This document shows positions 17,442 through 25,616 of a stretch of 64,000 bases of DNA, piece by piece. The notes beneath the pieces are model-generated. The model saw nothing but the letters and a program-made list of their open reading frames with translations, searched no databases and was not told the origin of the DNA. The translations under genes were made by a program, and so were the position numbers. The stretch comes from an uncultured Candidatus Saccharibacteria bacterium (GTDB lineage: Bacteria; Patescibacteriota; Saccharimonadia; Saccharimonadales; Saccharimonadaceae): assembly GCA_964368785.1 (NCBI GenBank), contig CAYJCW010000003.1, positions 71,704-135,703 of the forward strand, in the 5' to 3' direction. Numbering within the stretch: position 1 is the first letter of the stretch; each line of letters starts with the position of its first letter.

Positions 17442-19736
17442 CTATCTTTTACTTAATGAAAGAAATACATCATCAATGCGTGAATTCTCATCCGATTTCA
17501 TTTCTCTTTGAGTCTCAAAGTCGTCATCGTCTTTAGAATAGAAGCTTGAGCCATCATAGTCTTCTGGCGGTTCAGCCCATGCATTAAACTCATTATCGAC
17601 GAAACTACTGTTAAGACCATAGCATTCCAATGTATCGTTCATCTCATCTTTAATATCGATATCCTTCTCACCGTCTGTTAACCGCTGTCGCACTTCTTCG
17701 CTAAGGATGTCTTCATAATACTCGTCCTGAGCTATTTTTTCGGCTATGCGATCCAAGACAAACTTTTTGATGCCGTAGCTCCATCCTATCTCAGCCACTG
17801 TTTTCATGTCTTCATAGGTACCGACAGCACCTACAACCGAGTGTACAAAATTATCTGCTACTTCATCTGGTAGGTCGTCGGAATCACAGTACGAATCAAA
17901 GGCATTAAGTGCAGCCGAAACGTCTTGAGTGTGAGGGACAGAAGACTGTAATGTCGCAAGCACAGCCTGAGAGAACTCTTGATTGACCTCCTCTATAGCA
18001 TCCGACACATCAGAGAGCCTCGATATGCTATCAAAAATATCAAAGCTCTCAGGAGTGCCTGAATTACCTAGCCATGGCAGCTGCTGCCAGCTACTAAGGA
18101 CTTTTTCCTTCATCGCTTCAACACCCGATTCATTTAGTACGATAGGAGTATAGCCAGATAACGAAGCACGTAATTCGTAACTGCTACTATCCGCACTGAT
18201 TGCGAATGGATGCGTAAGCTGGTTGAGGTATACGGCACTTCTAATGAGCTTTTCAACCGAGTGGTTGTGTCCACGATAATAGTGAGTGATAAAGTCGTAA
18301 ATAGTAGGGTTTAATACATCTACGATGATCTGATCATCTTTATCTTTTGATGTTTTCAGGAATGTGCTTTCAAGCACATCAATAGATCGACGCAGCTGCG
18401 TTTCGTCGATCGTATCATCAAAAGAAACTACTGCCTTATGTAGATATTCAAAGCGTACATTTCTTCCGATTGACATCATCACCAGCATAATATTGCGAGC
18501 ATTTTCGTCGATCTTATTCATATAGATATCCTCGTATAACATCCAAGGGTTATTGAATAGTTCGATTACCTTATCGCAAAATGATTCTGGCAGGCAATCC
18601 GACCAAAGCTTTTGCTTATTAATCGTTTCAATGAGGCGTGGATTATAGTTCCTATGTCTCACGATACTTCTATATACTTTTTTGTCGACAAAATATTCGA
18701 GGTGATCCTCTGGCATATCCGATACCGCGAGATGATTGTAGAGGATCTTGGCTTTTGTCACCAAGTCATATTCAGATAGATCTACAATATATTTCGCGTC
18801 AAGAAAGCCCTGATCTTTAAATACTTCGGTGCTTTGTTGAGCCTGATGAAGTATATACTCACGCGTCGTCATGATAAGTGCCTTATTTTTTCTTAGACGG
18901 CCTGCGTTTTCAATCAATGTCTTAAATATGCCATCTTCTCTGCGAGATAGCTTATCATCTAGGTAGTTACTACCAAGGAAGTCATCAAACAGGAAAATCT
19001 GCTTCTTGTCAGGGTCACTGCTCATCATCTCTAGGGCGTCGTTGATATCTTGCGGCAAAGCGACCAACTCATTAAAATCGCCCTCACCAAGCAAGTAGTA
19101 GCTCATAACGTCGGCAAGTGTCGTTTTTCCTACTCCAGGTTCGCCAGCAATGACAATAAACCCGTGCTCCTTAAGTGTTAACATAGCCTCATTAAAACTT
19201 GGGGTTGGGGAATAGGTTTCTAGCGTGTCGATAATCTTTTCTTTGATAAGACCACTATAATTAGACACCCTACTTGAAAGTATTGTTTGCAGTACATTGC
19301 TGCTTGCGATCCAGAGCTTATAATGCCTCTTCTCAACACTAGGATGCTTGTGTAATAAACTATTAAGCTGTTTGGGCGTAAGTATATCACTCGATTGTTT
19401 GATGTATGGCGAAAACAGTGTGACTATATCGTCTATCTTATCCTCTGTAAGGTCTAGCGATACTGAGAGGATGTACCTCTCGGGAGCAGGGCTCATCTCG
19501 TCCAGCTTGAGACGCTCTTTAGCTAAATTCGCCATAAGACCTGACACGCTTTTATAGCGCTTACATTGCACAACAATCGTGCGGTCGTTGTCGCATGCCG
19601 AATACCTTAGGTCGATACCACCATCCGCTCCATCCGCGAACGCCTGAAACGATACACTCATTTCTTCTGAAAGTAGATCTTTCGTGAATTCCTCGAACTC
19701 GCCCCATGTCAAAACATTAAAGTTATACTCATTCAT
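17442..19736 (-). CDS. Mrr-like restriction endonuclease fused to an nSTAND3-type NTPase
   Basis: FEEF..DLL, DGGIDL, VQCKRY; IAGEPGVGKTTLA, FDDFLG, TTREYI, NPRLIE. Confidence 0.8.
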   Translation of the reverse strand: MNEYNFNVLTWGEFEEFTKDLLSEEMSVSFQAFADGADGGIDLRYSACDNDRTIVVQCKRYKSVSGLMANLAKERLKLDEMSPAPERYILSVSLDLTEDKIDDIVTLFSPYIKQSSDILTPKQLNSLLHKHPSVEKRHYKLWIASSNVLQTILSSRVSNYSGLIKEKIIDTLETYSPTPSFNEAMLTLKEHGFIVIAGEPGVGKTTLADVMSYYLLGEGDFNELVALPQDINDALEMMSSDPDKKQIFLFDDFLGSNYLDDKLSRREDGIFKTLIENAGRLRKNKALIMTTREYILHQAQQSTEVFKDQGFLDAKYIVDLSEYDLVTKAKILYNHLAVSDMPEDHLEYFVDKKVYRSIVRHRNYNPRLIETINKQKLWSDCLPESFCDKVIELFNNPWMLYEDIYMNKIDENARNIMLVMMSIGRNVRFEYLHKAVVSFDDTIDETQLRRSIDVLESTFLKTSKDKDDQIIVDVLNPTIYDFITHYYRGHNHSVEKLIRSAVYLNQLTHPFAISADSSSYELRASLSGYTPIVLNESGVEAMKEKVLSSWQQLPWLGNSGTPESFDIFDSISRLSDVSDAIEEVNQEFSQAVLATLQSSVPHTQDVSAALNAFDSYCDSDDLPDEVADNFVHSVVGAVGTYEDMKTVAEIGWSYGIKKFVLDRIAEKIAQDEYYEDILSEEVRQRLTDGEKDIDIKDEMNDTLECYGLNSSFVDNEFNAWAEPPEDYDGSSFYSKDDDDFETQREMKSDENSRIDDVFLSLSKR

Positions 19737-19999
19737 TCTAAATCATATCGCGCGTAACGCAGTTATTAATCCCACTTGCTTTTCTTCGCTTATAGGTCAA
19801 TTATACAATGACTGCTAGGGTTTGACACGTAATCATCTCAGGTAAACAGTCGAAAAACACAAGAGGAGGCGATAAGAGGGGTCTTATTACAAAAGGACTC
19901 CTCTTATTCTCGTAATCTACAGAGATGACTGTGGCATCACCCCTGTTAAACTAGGGAGCTTCTACCTCTCAATTAAAATAATCCCAGTGAGTCCAATAT

Positions 20000-20052
20000 C
20001 TTAGGAACTAGTGCCGTAAGGCGTGAAGGTTCAAGTCCTTTCATCCGCACCA
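20000..20052 (+). tRNA. 3' half of tRNA-Leu(TAG), probable att site and not a complete tRNA
   Basis: CTTAGGA anticodon loop, ACTAG, long variable arm, GGTTCAAGTCC T-arm, TCATCCGCACCA end; 5' half absent. Confidence 0.85.
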
Positions 20053-20345
20053 TAAGAGCCCTACTGCAACTCTGGCCCTCTTGCGGCCCCTCGGGCAGCA
20101 GTAGCGCCCCTAAGAACTCATCCAGCAGGCCACCGGCAACGGTGGCCTGCGTTGTTGTTGCCCCTACGCCTCCGTGGCGCTCTGCCTCTGCCACCGCCAG
20201 TTCGCGGGCCAGCCCAGCATCTCCTGTCTCCTCGAGTGCCACCCATCCGCGCTGGGTCGCCAGCAGCTCCCGCATCGGTGTGTTCAGCTCGTCACCAACA
20301 ACTTCCTCGTTCACCACGTAGACATGCCTAAAGATGGCTTGGTTG

Positions 20346-20441
20346 AGTGTAAGTAACTCTCTCTTTTATATACATTTCTATTGAGATAGAAAAATACTTC
20401 TATCTGTAAAAATGTATGTAAAATGTTTGGTTACTTACACT
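20346..20441. repeat. long nested AT-rich inverted repeat
   Basis: AGTGTAAGTAAC/GTTACTTACACT (12 bp), TTTTATATACATTT/AAATGTATGTAAAA, AGATAGAA/TTCTATCT. Confidence 0.7.
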
Positions 20442-20574
20442 GAAATACCTACCCTAAAAAAGAGCTATCAAAAAAAGGCTTAAACCCTAAACTAATAAAC
20501 TAAGCCAAGCAAATGTCGGTAAATCTTAAGGTAGTAAAAGCCTCCCTCACTCATAGGGTTGAAACTTGGTAACA

Positions 20575-20622
20575 AAAGCAAAAGACGTGCTTGATTCAGT
20601 TCAGTATCTTGCACGTCTTTAT
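20575..20622 (-). ncRNA. putative hairpin sRNA, copy 2
   Basis: TGcTATACT (-10 at 20629-20634), 6 nt, then ATAAAGACGTGC...GCACGTCTTTTT. Confidence 0.6.
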
Positions 20623-20640
20623 GGTTCCAGTATAGCAGAA

Positions 20641-20687
20641 ATAAGAAAAGACGCGGTTGATACAGTACAGTAACGTGCGCGTCTTAT
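20641..20687 (-). ncRNA. putative hairpin sRNA, copy 1
   Basis: ATAAGACGCG...CGCGTCTTTTC; 32/40 nt identical to copy 2 with a compensatory pair change; TTGACA at 20720-20725 inside the toxin gene end. Confidence 0.6.
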
Positions 20688-20711
20688 CTATGTATTATGT
20701 TAGTAAAAAGC

Positions 20712-21101
20712 TTACAGTATGTCAATGATTTTTCGGTGCTTTGTGATGACTTTCAGTTGCTTTATGTCGTGTGGACCCGATACGAGATAATGGCGAATTC
20801 GAGCCTCTGCTTTCTTTTGATGTAGTTTAGCTCGGCGCAAGTCTATGACGATATTACGGGATTGCTTGCGAGCGGTGCGCAAATTATTGTCTATTGTTTT
20901 TCTACCGTCTCCTTTTGGACTTTTAATTTCCCATTTTGTACCATTCACGTCTATGTCTGGTGTTTTCTTCCGCTCAGGGCGCAAAAAGATTACGTCAGAC
21001 TTGAAGTAATACGCCAAAAGAACCGCAGCAGACATTTCGTGGTCTTTCGGTGAATCCTCGGGGTCAGTTCTGACGACGACTTCGTATTTTCTTTTTGGCA
21101 T
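20712..21101 (-). CDS. stand-alone CdiA_C-like PD-(D/E)xK nuclease (putative toxin), 129 aa
   Basis: KKTPDIDVNGTKWEIKSP, RKQSRNIVID; TGtTAAAAT 7 nt before the ATG. Confidence 0.7.
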   Translation of the reverse strand: MPKRKYEVVVRTDPEDSPKDHEMSAAVLLAYYFKSDVIFLRPERKKTPDIDVNGTKWEIKSPKGDGRKTIDNNLRTARKQSRNIVIDLRRAKLHQKKAEARIRHYLVSGPHDIKQLKVITKHRKIIDIL

Positions 21102-21191
21102 TAGGTCTATTTTAACATTTTACTTGTCAGTTTACGGACGTAACCGCATTACTTGCATTGGCGAAGCTGCGCTGGAGTTCGGTTCACGTAA

Positions 21192-21353
21192 AAGTTTAAA
21201 ATTGCACCAAGACTGAGCAAATTCAGGGAATCCGCCCAAGCGCTAGACATTGTCACCAAGCACAGTCTATCCAACGAGCAGCTTGACGCAATCGCCAACA
21301 TTATGCAAAAGTATAAAGGAATTAAGATTAACGTAATTGAGGCTCCCGAATGA
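21192..21353 (+). pseudogene. start-less 53-codon gene remnant, possibly a toxin C-terminal tip
   Basis: Open frame KFKIAPR...EQLDAIANIMQKYKGIKINVIEAPE; its TGA overlaps the next ATG. Confidence 0.35.
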
Positions 21354-21829
21354 ACAATGGGCAGACGCGAGAGAACGGCTATGCGGACATTTATGTAAGT
21401 AAATCAAATTCACTTGCCTATTTGTATCGCGTGGAGAAGGCTGGGCCGATTTCTTCAACACACACGTTTCTCCCCCAGGAGGAGGCGGAGACTCTAGGCT
21501 CCTTGGCGGTACGAGCGCTCAGCGCTTCGTTGCTGCTCTCCGAAGGCGGCTCTCCTGCGGGAGTCACGCCTCTGTCGTGGAAAGAACTTCTCGCACGTCT
21601 GGGTCAGTCGCAGAAGACGATTTACGCAAACGTTCCGATTGTCGGGTTTCGTAGCTTCACCGGTGGGTCAATCGATGTCGGCATTGATTTTTATTCCAAT
21701 ACAGGAAAACTGATCGACGCTCAGGATGTCACATTCTCGGCTGAAGAGATTTCTAACGCCGACCTCCCCTCGCTCCTCGATGCAACAATCACCCGGTTTG
21801 TCCACGAGTTTCACCAGCGTCAACCCTAG
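21350..21829 (+). CDS. hypothetical protein, 159 aa (possible orphan immunity protein)
   Basis: Protein-like ORF coupled to the remnant upstream. Confidence 0.55.
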   Translation: MNNGQTRENGYADIYVSKSNSLAYLYRVEKAGPISSTHTFLPQEEAETLGSLAVRALSASLLLSEGGSPAGVTPLSWKELLARLGQSQKTIYANVPIVGFRSFTGGSIDVGIDFYSNTGKLIDAQDVTFSAEEISNADLPSLLDATITRFVHEFHQRQP

Positions 21830-22091
21830 CCCCTCCGCTTCGCCCTACCCAGCCAAAGCCATGACGAGAAAACAGACGGCCAGTGTGGCTGCGATTGGTG
21901 TCATTGTGTACCGTTCCTGTTTGCTGCGACACCGGGCGTTTAGTATCGTTGCCAAGGGCAATGAGCGCTGCAATTGGTACCATGAGCCTTAGTATAACGC
22001 ATGCCGTACCGCAGGGGCAGTGGCGAAAAAGTGCATCGAACGCACCTTCTTCTTGTGTTATCATAAAAGGAATGAGAAAGAGGACGGGGAA

Positions 22092-23699
22092 ATGAACAAA
22101 ATTGCGGTTTATTTAAACGAACATCTGTTAGGCGAGGTAAGTGGCGCAAAAACCCTGCGCAAGCTTTATGCGACTGATGGAAGTATTTTAAGTATTACGC
22201 CAGAAATTGTGGCTCTTCCCCGGGTTACGAATGACATTCGTAAAATTGCTCGTTTTGCGTGGCAATTGGCCGAAAAAGGCCATGCGGTTGGGGTCGTGGT
22301 GCGCGGTGCTGGCTGTAATGCCACGGGGGCTGCAATTGGGAAGGGAATTGTCGTTGATACCGCACAGCACTTACACGGCATACTACAGGTTGCCCCAAAA
22401 GAAAAGCTTGTGCACGTGCAAGCTGGGGCTCGCCTTAAGCTCATTCACGAAACGCTACGATGGCAGGGGCTTACGGTTGCGGGCACCGCTGGTGAGGGCG
22501 GTATGGCTACGGTTGGTGGGGTTATTGCCGACGACGCCCATGGGGAGGGCGGCTCGCTCGCGGATGCCATTGAGCGCCTTGAGGTCGTGCTTGCGAACGG
22601 CGATCTCATTGAAACTGGGCGCATGTCTCGCCGTGAAATGAGTAAGAAACTCGGGCTTCAAACGCTTGAAGGCGAGATTTATCGAAAACTCGAAGGTCTG
22701 ATTGAAGACAACGAGTCCACGATTGCCGAACTTGCGGGTGACCCAACTCGCGATAATACAGGGTTTAAGCGCCTTTCTGAAGTGCGGGGCAAAGATGGCT
22801 CATTCGACCTTACCCCACTGTTTATAGGGAGCCAGGGCACGCTCGGTATTATATCCGAAGTAGTACTAAAGGTCGATTTTTATTCTGCAGCCAGTACCTA
22901 CGCTGCCGTGGCGGTAGACTCAATGCAAACGGCTCGTGACGTGGCAGAACGGCTTGCCGAGCTTGAGCCTTTCGAACTGTTGATATACGACGGCGAACTC
23001 TTTCGCCGTGCCCTAAAATATGGGGCGCATTTTGCTGCACTAGGGGATGTGAGTCAGGTAGGTGCGGTAGTGTTTGTGCAGTTTAACGATATAAGCGACC
23101 GTGCTCAGTCGGCAAAGCTTAAAAAGATGCGTAAGCTTATGGCGAAGGCAACTATTGGCATGGTCGACTCGACTGAACGGCCAGTGGAAGATTTTCACGC
23201 TATTACCATCGTTGCGCGTACTGCCCAGTTTGCAGGTGAAGATGACCAGGCTATGCTGCCTATATTGAATGGCGCTTCGGTACCATCGGGCCGCCAAGAA
23301 GAATTTGAGTCGTTGGTAGCCGGCCTCGCCACAAAGCATCATATCAAACTCCCACTTTCGCTGAATGTATTAGAAGCCACCTATAATGTGTATCCGGCGC
23401 TCAAGCTTTCATCGGTAAGCGATAAGCAAAAACTCTTTAAACTCCTTAATGAATATGCAGCAACGGTTGATAAATGCGGCGGCGCTTTCACAGCCAATGG
23501 CGCTGAAGGTCGCTTAAAGGCTTCGGCTGCATGGTCGGTGCTCGATGATTCCCAGGCAGCCCTTTATGAACAACTTCGGCTCATCTTTGACCCATTTGGC
23601 ACCCTTAACCCTGGGGTTAAGCAAAAGAACGAACTACGTAGCTTGGTTGCGGCACTTCGTACCGATTATGGCGTAGCGAGTGCCCTTTCGGAACTTTAG
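22092..23699 (+). CDS. FAD-binding oxidoreductase (GlcD/D-lactate dehydrogenase-like)
   Basis: VRGAGC, TVGGVIA, IGSQGTLGIISEV, FDPFGTLNPG. Confidence 0.85.
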   Translation: MNKIAVYLNEHLLGEVSGAKTLRKLYATDGSILSITPEIVALPRVTNDIRKIARFAWQLAEKGHAVGVVVRGAGCNATGAAIGKGIVVDTAQHLHGILQVAPKEKLVHVQAGARLKLIHETLRWQGLTVAGTAGEGGMATVGGVIADDAHGEGGSLADAIERLEVVLANGDLIETGRMSRREMSKKLGLQTLEGEIYRKLEGLIEDNESTIAELAGDPTRDNTGFKRLSEVRGKDGSFDLTPLFIGSQGTLGIISEVVLKVDFYSAASTYAAVAVDSMQTARDVAERLAELEPFELLIYDGELFRRALKYGAHFAALGDVSQVGAVVFVQFNDISDRAQSAKLKKMRKLMAKATIGMVDSTERPVEDFHAITIVARTAQFAGEDDQAMLPILNGASVPSGRQEEFESLVAGLATKHHIKLPLSLNVLEATYNVYPALKLSSVSDKQKLFKLLNEYAATVDKCGGAFTANGAEGRLKASAAWSVLDDSQAALYEQLRLIFDPFGTLNPGVKQKNELRSLVAALRTDYGVASALSEL

Positions 23700-23711
23700 G
23701 GGCAGGGGGCA

Positions 23712-24245
23712 ATGGCCACACCAGATACGCGTAATGTTATAGATAAATATCGCAACCAACCGGTCGCTGCTATTGTTGCCGATCTCGATACCAGCCGAAG
23801 CGAGCTTGAAGTGGCCGTTGAAAACCTTGAGCGCGATTTTAATATGGGCACTATTGTGCGCAACGCCAATGCTTTTAATGTGCGTAAAGTACATATTATT
23901 GGGCGTCGGCAATGGAATAAACGTGGTGCGATGAAAACAGATGCGTACCTGCATCTTGAGTATCATGCATCGCCCCAGGCTTTTGCCGCGGCAATGCAGA
24001 AGGCGGGTAAATCTGTGATTGCTATTGATATAGTGAAGGGAGCACACCCGCTTGGAACAATACCCCTTCCTCGAAACGCCGTGCTTGTATTTGGCTCTGA
24101 AGGCCCAGGGCTGAGCCACGAAATGTTAGAGCTTTCTGAACACGTACTCATGATTGAGCAATTCGGCTCAACGCGTTCGGTGAATGTTGGGGTGGCCTCT
24201 GGTATTGCTATGTATGCCTGGATTCAGCAACATCGACTTGCTTGA
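23712..24245 (+). CDS. TrmH/SpoU-family RNA methyltransferase
   Basis: NMGTIVRNANAF, FGSEGPGL, SVNVGVASGI. Confidence 0.9.
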   Translation: MATPDTRNVIDKYRNQPVAAIVADLDTSRSELEVAVENLERDFNMGTIVRNANAFNVRKVHIIGRRQWNKRGAMKTDAYLHLEYHASPQAFAAAMQKAGKSVIAIDIVKGAHPLGTIPLPRNAVLVFGSEGPGLSHEMLELSEHVLMIEQFGSTRSVNVGVASGIAMYAWIQQHRLA

Positions 24246-24274
24246 TGCCTCTGGAGTGTGTAACAATAGGGGTA

Positions 24275-25579
24275 ATGACAACACTATCCTCACAGCCGTA
24301 CAAGGGCACTCGCGATTATTTCCCTGAAGACAAACGTATTCAGAATTATATTTTCTCTGTTTGGCGAGCCGTCGTGGAGCGATTTGGGTATGAGGAATAC
24401 GGGGCGCCTATACTGGAGCCGCTCGAACTCTATGCGGCTAAAAGCGGCCAAGAATTGGTGAATGATCAAACCTACACCTTTACCGATCGCGGGGGCCGTA
24501 CTGTTGCTATTCGCCCCGAAATGACCCCTACCATCAGCCGTATGGTTGCTGCTCGTCGGCAAGAGTTGGCGTATCCGGCGCGCCTTTATTCTATTGCAAA
24601 TTTTATGCGCTACGAGCGCCCGCAGCGGGGTCGTGAGCGGGAGTTTTGGCAACTTAACGTTGATGTTTTTGGCGTGGACGCAGTTGCTGCCGATATTGAG
24701 ATTATTACCATTGCCGATGCAATTCTTAAAGAGTTTGGCGCACAGTTGGGCGATTATATCATTCGCATTAACAACCGTAAGTTCATTCATTTCATGATGG
24801 CCGAATACCTTGGGCTTAGCCCGGATGCTGCCCTTCAGATGGTCAAACTTTTTGATCGTCGTAATAAAATAACTGAGCAAGAATTCGAAGACCAAGTGCA
24901 GGCGATTCTTGGCGAAGCCCGTAAGGCCGACCTTGAGAATGTAAGGCAGATTGTGGCGGCAAAAACAATCGAAGCATTACCAGCTGAGCTGCAAAAAGCG
25001 GCTGCACTCGATGAGATCAAGGCTGTATTCGCCGGGCTCAAGGCAGCTGGCGTTGAGGGGGCAATTTTCGACGCTTCACTGATGCGCGGGCTTGATTACT
25101 ACACGGGCACCGTATTTGAGGTCTTTGATACTCACCCAGATAATAACCGTTCGCTTTTTGGCGGTGGCCGCTACGACGGTTTGGTGGGCCTTTTTGGCGC
25201 TGAACCTATCAGCGCCGTTGGCATGGCTCCGGGCAATACCATGATTGAAAACTTCCTTGCGGTGCGCGGGCTTCTTCCGGAAGATACTTCAAAAACCGAT
25301 ATCTATGTTGTGGCAATTGGTGATGTGCTCGCTGATGCAAATCAAGTAGCGCGAGAGCTCCGCCAAAGCGGGTTGAACGTTGAGGTTGATATAACGGGGC
25401 GAAAACTTGATAAGCAAATTAAAGCGGCGCTCAAGAAAAAGATTCCTTACCTACTTTTTGTAGGTGCCGACGAAGCTGCTGCCGGCGAGTATTCGTTGAA
25501 GCACCTCGAATCGGGCTTTGAAGAGAAGCTGATGCCAAAGGAAATTGTCGAAAAGCTCCTGCTCGAGCGCTCGGCTTAG
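24275..25579 (+). CDS. hisS: histidine--tRNA ligase
   Basis: KGTRDYFP, RPEMTP, YERPQRGREREFWQ, RGLDYYTG, GGGRYD. Confidence 0.97.
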   Translation: MTTLSSQPYKGTRDYFPEDKRIQNYIFSVWRAVVERFGYEEYGAPILEPLELYAAKSGQELVNDQTYTFTDRGGRTVAIRPEMTPTISRMVAARRQELAYPARLYSIANFMRYERPQRGREREFWQLNVDVFGVDAVAADIEIITIADAILKEFGAQLGDYIIRINNRKFIHFMMAEYLGLSPDAALQMVKLFDRRNKITEQEFEDQVQAILGEARKADLENVRQIVAAKTIEALPAELQKAAALDEIKAVFAGLKAAGVEGAIFDASLMRGLDYYTGTVFEVFDTHPDNNRSLFGGGRYDGLVGLFGAEPISAVGMAPGNTMIENFLAVRGLLPEDTSKTDIYVVAIGDVLADANQVARELRQSGLNVEVDITGRKLDKQIKAALKKKIPYLLFVGADEAAAGEYSLKHLESGFEEKLMPKEIVEKLLLERSA

Positions 25580-25616
25580 TTGCGGTTGGCCATCACCTCT
25601 GTTATACTAAGGGGTA

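Larger units (their letters stand above)
1..20052. mobile_element. right part of an integrated genomic (defence) island ending at the tRNA-Leu att fragment
   Basis: Cluster of defence genes bounded by a tRNA 3' half; no integrase in the window, so the left end lies outside it. Confidence 0.65.

Noticed and set aside
19930-20052. Intact or intron-split tRNA-Leu
   Set aside because: No D-arm or acceptor 5' strand and no recognisable group I intron core upstream; an att fragment explains it better
19973-20317. 114-aa minus-strand ORF running through the tRNA fragment
   Set aside because: Its 3' third is the antisense of the tRNA half, it has no recognisable motifs and only a weak GTG start; it may be a real small gene or a remnant but cannot be supported
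20581-20686. Mini CRISPR array
   Set aside because: Only two units, the inner loop is conserved rather than a variable spacer, each unit has its own promoter, and there are no cas genes
21219-21233. AAATTCAGGGAA resembles the group I intron P element
   Set aside because: No accompanying Q, R or S elements, and it lies within a protein-like reading frame
21789-21983. Small minus-strand ORF with TATACT-7-ATG start (MVPIAALIALG...)
   Set aside because: The start looks plausible, but the product is featureless and overlaps the end of the 21350 gene; insufficient support
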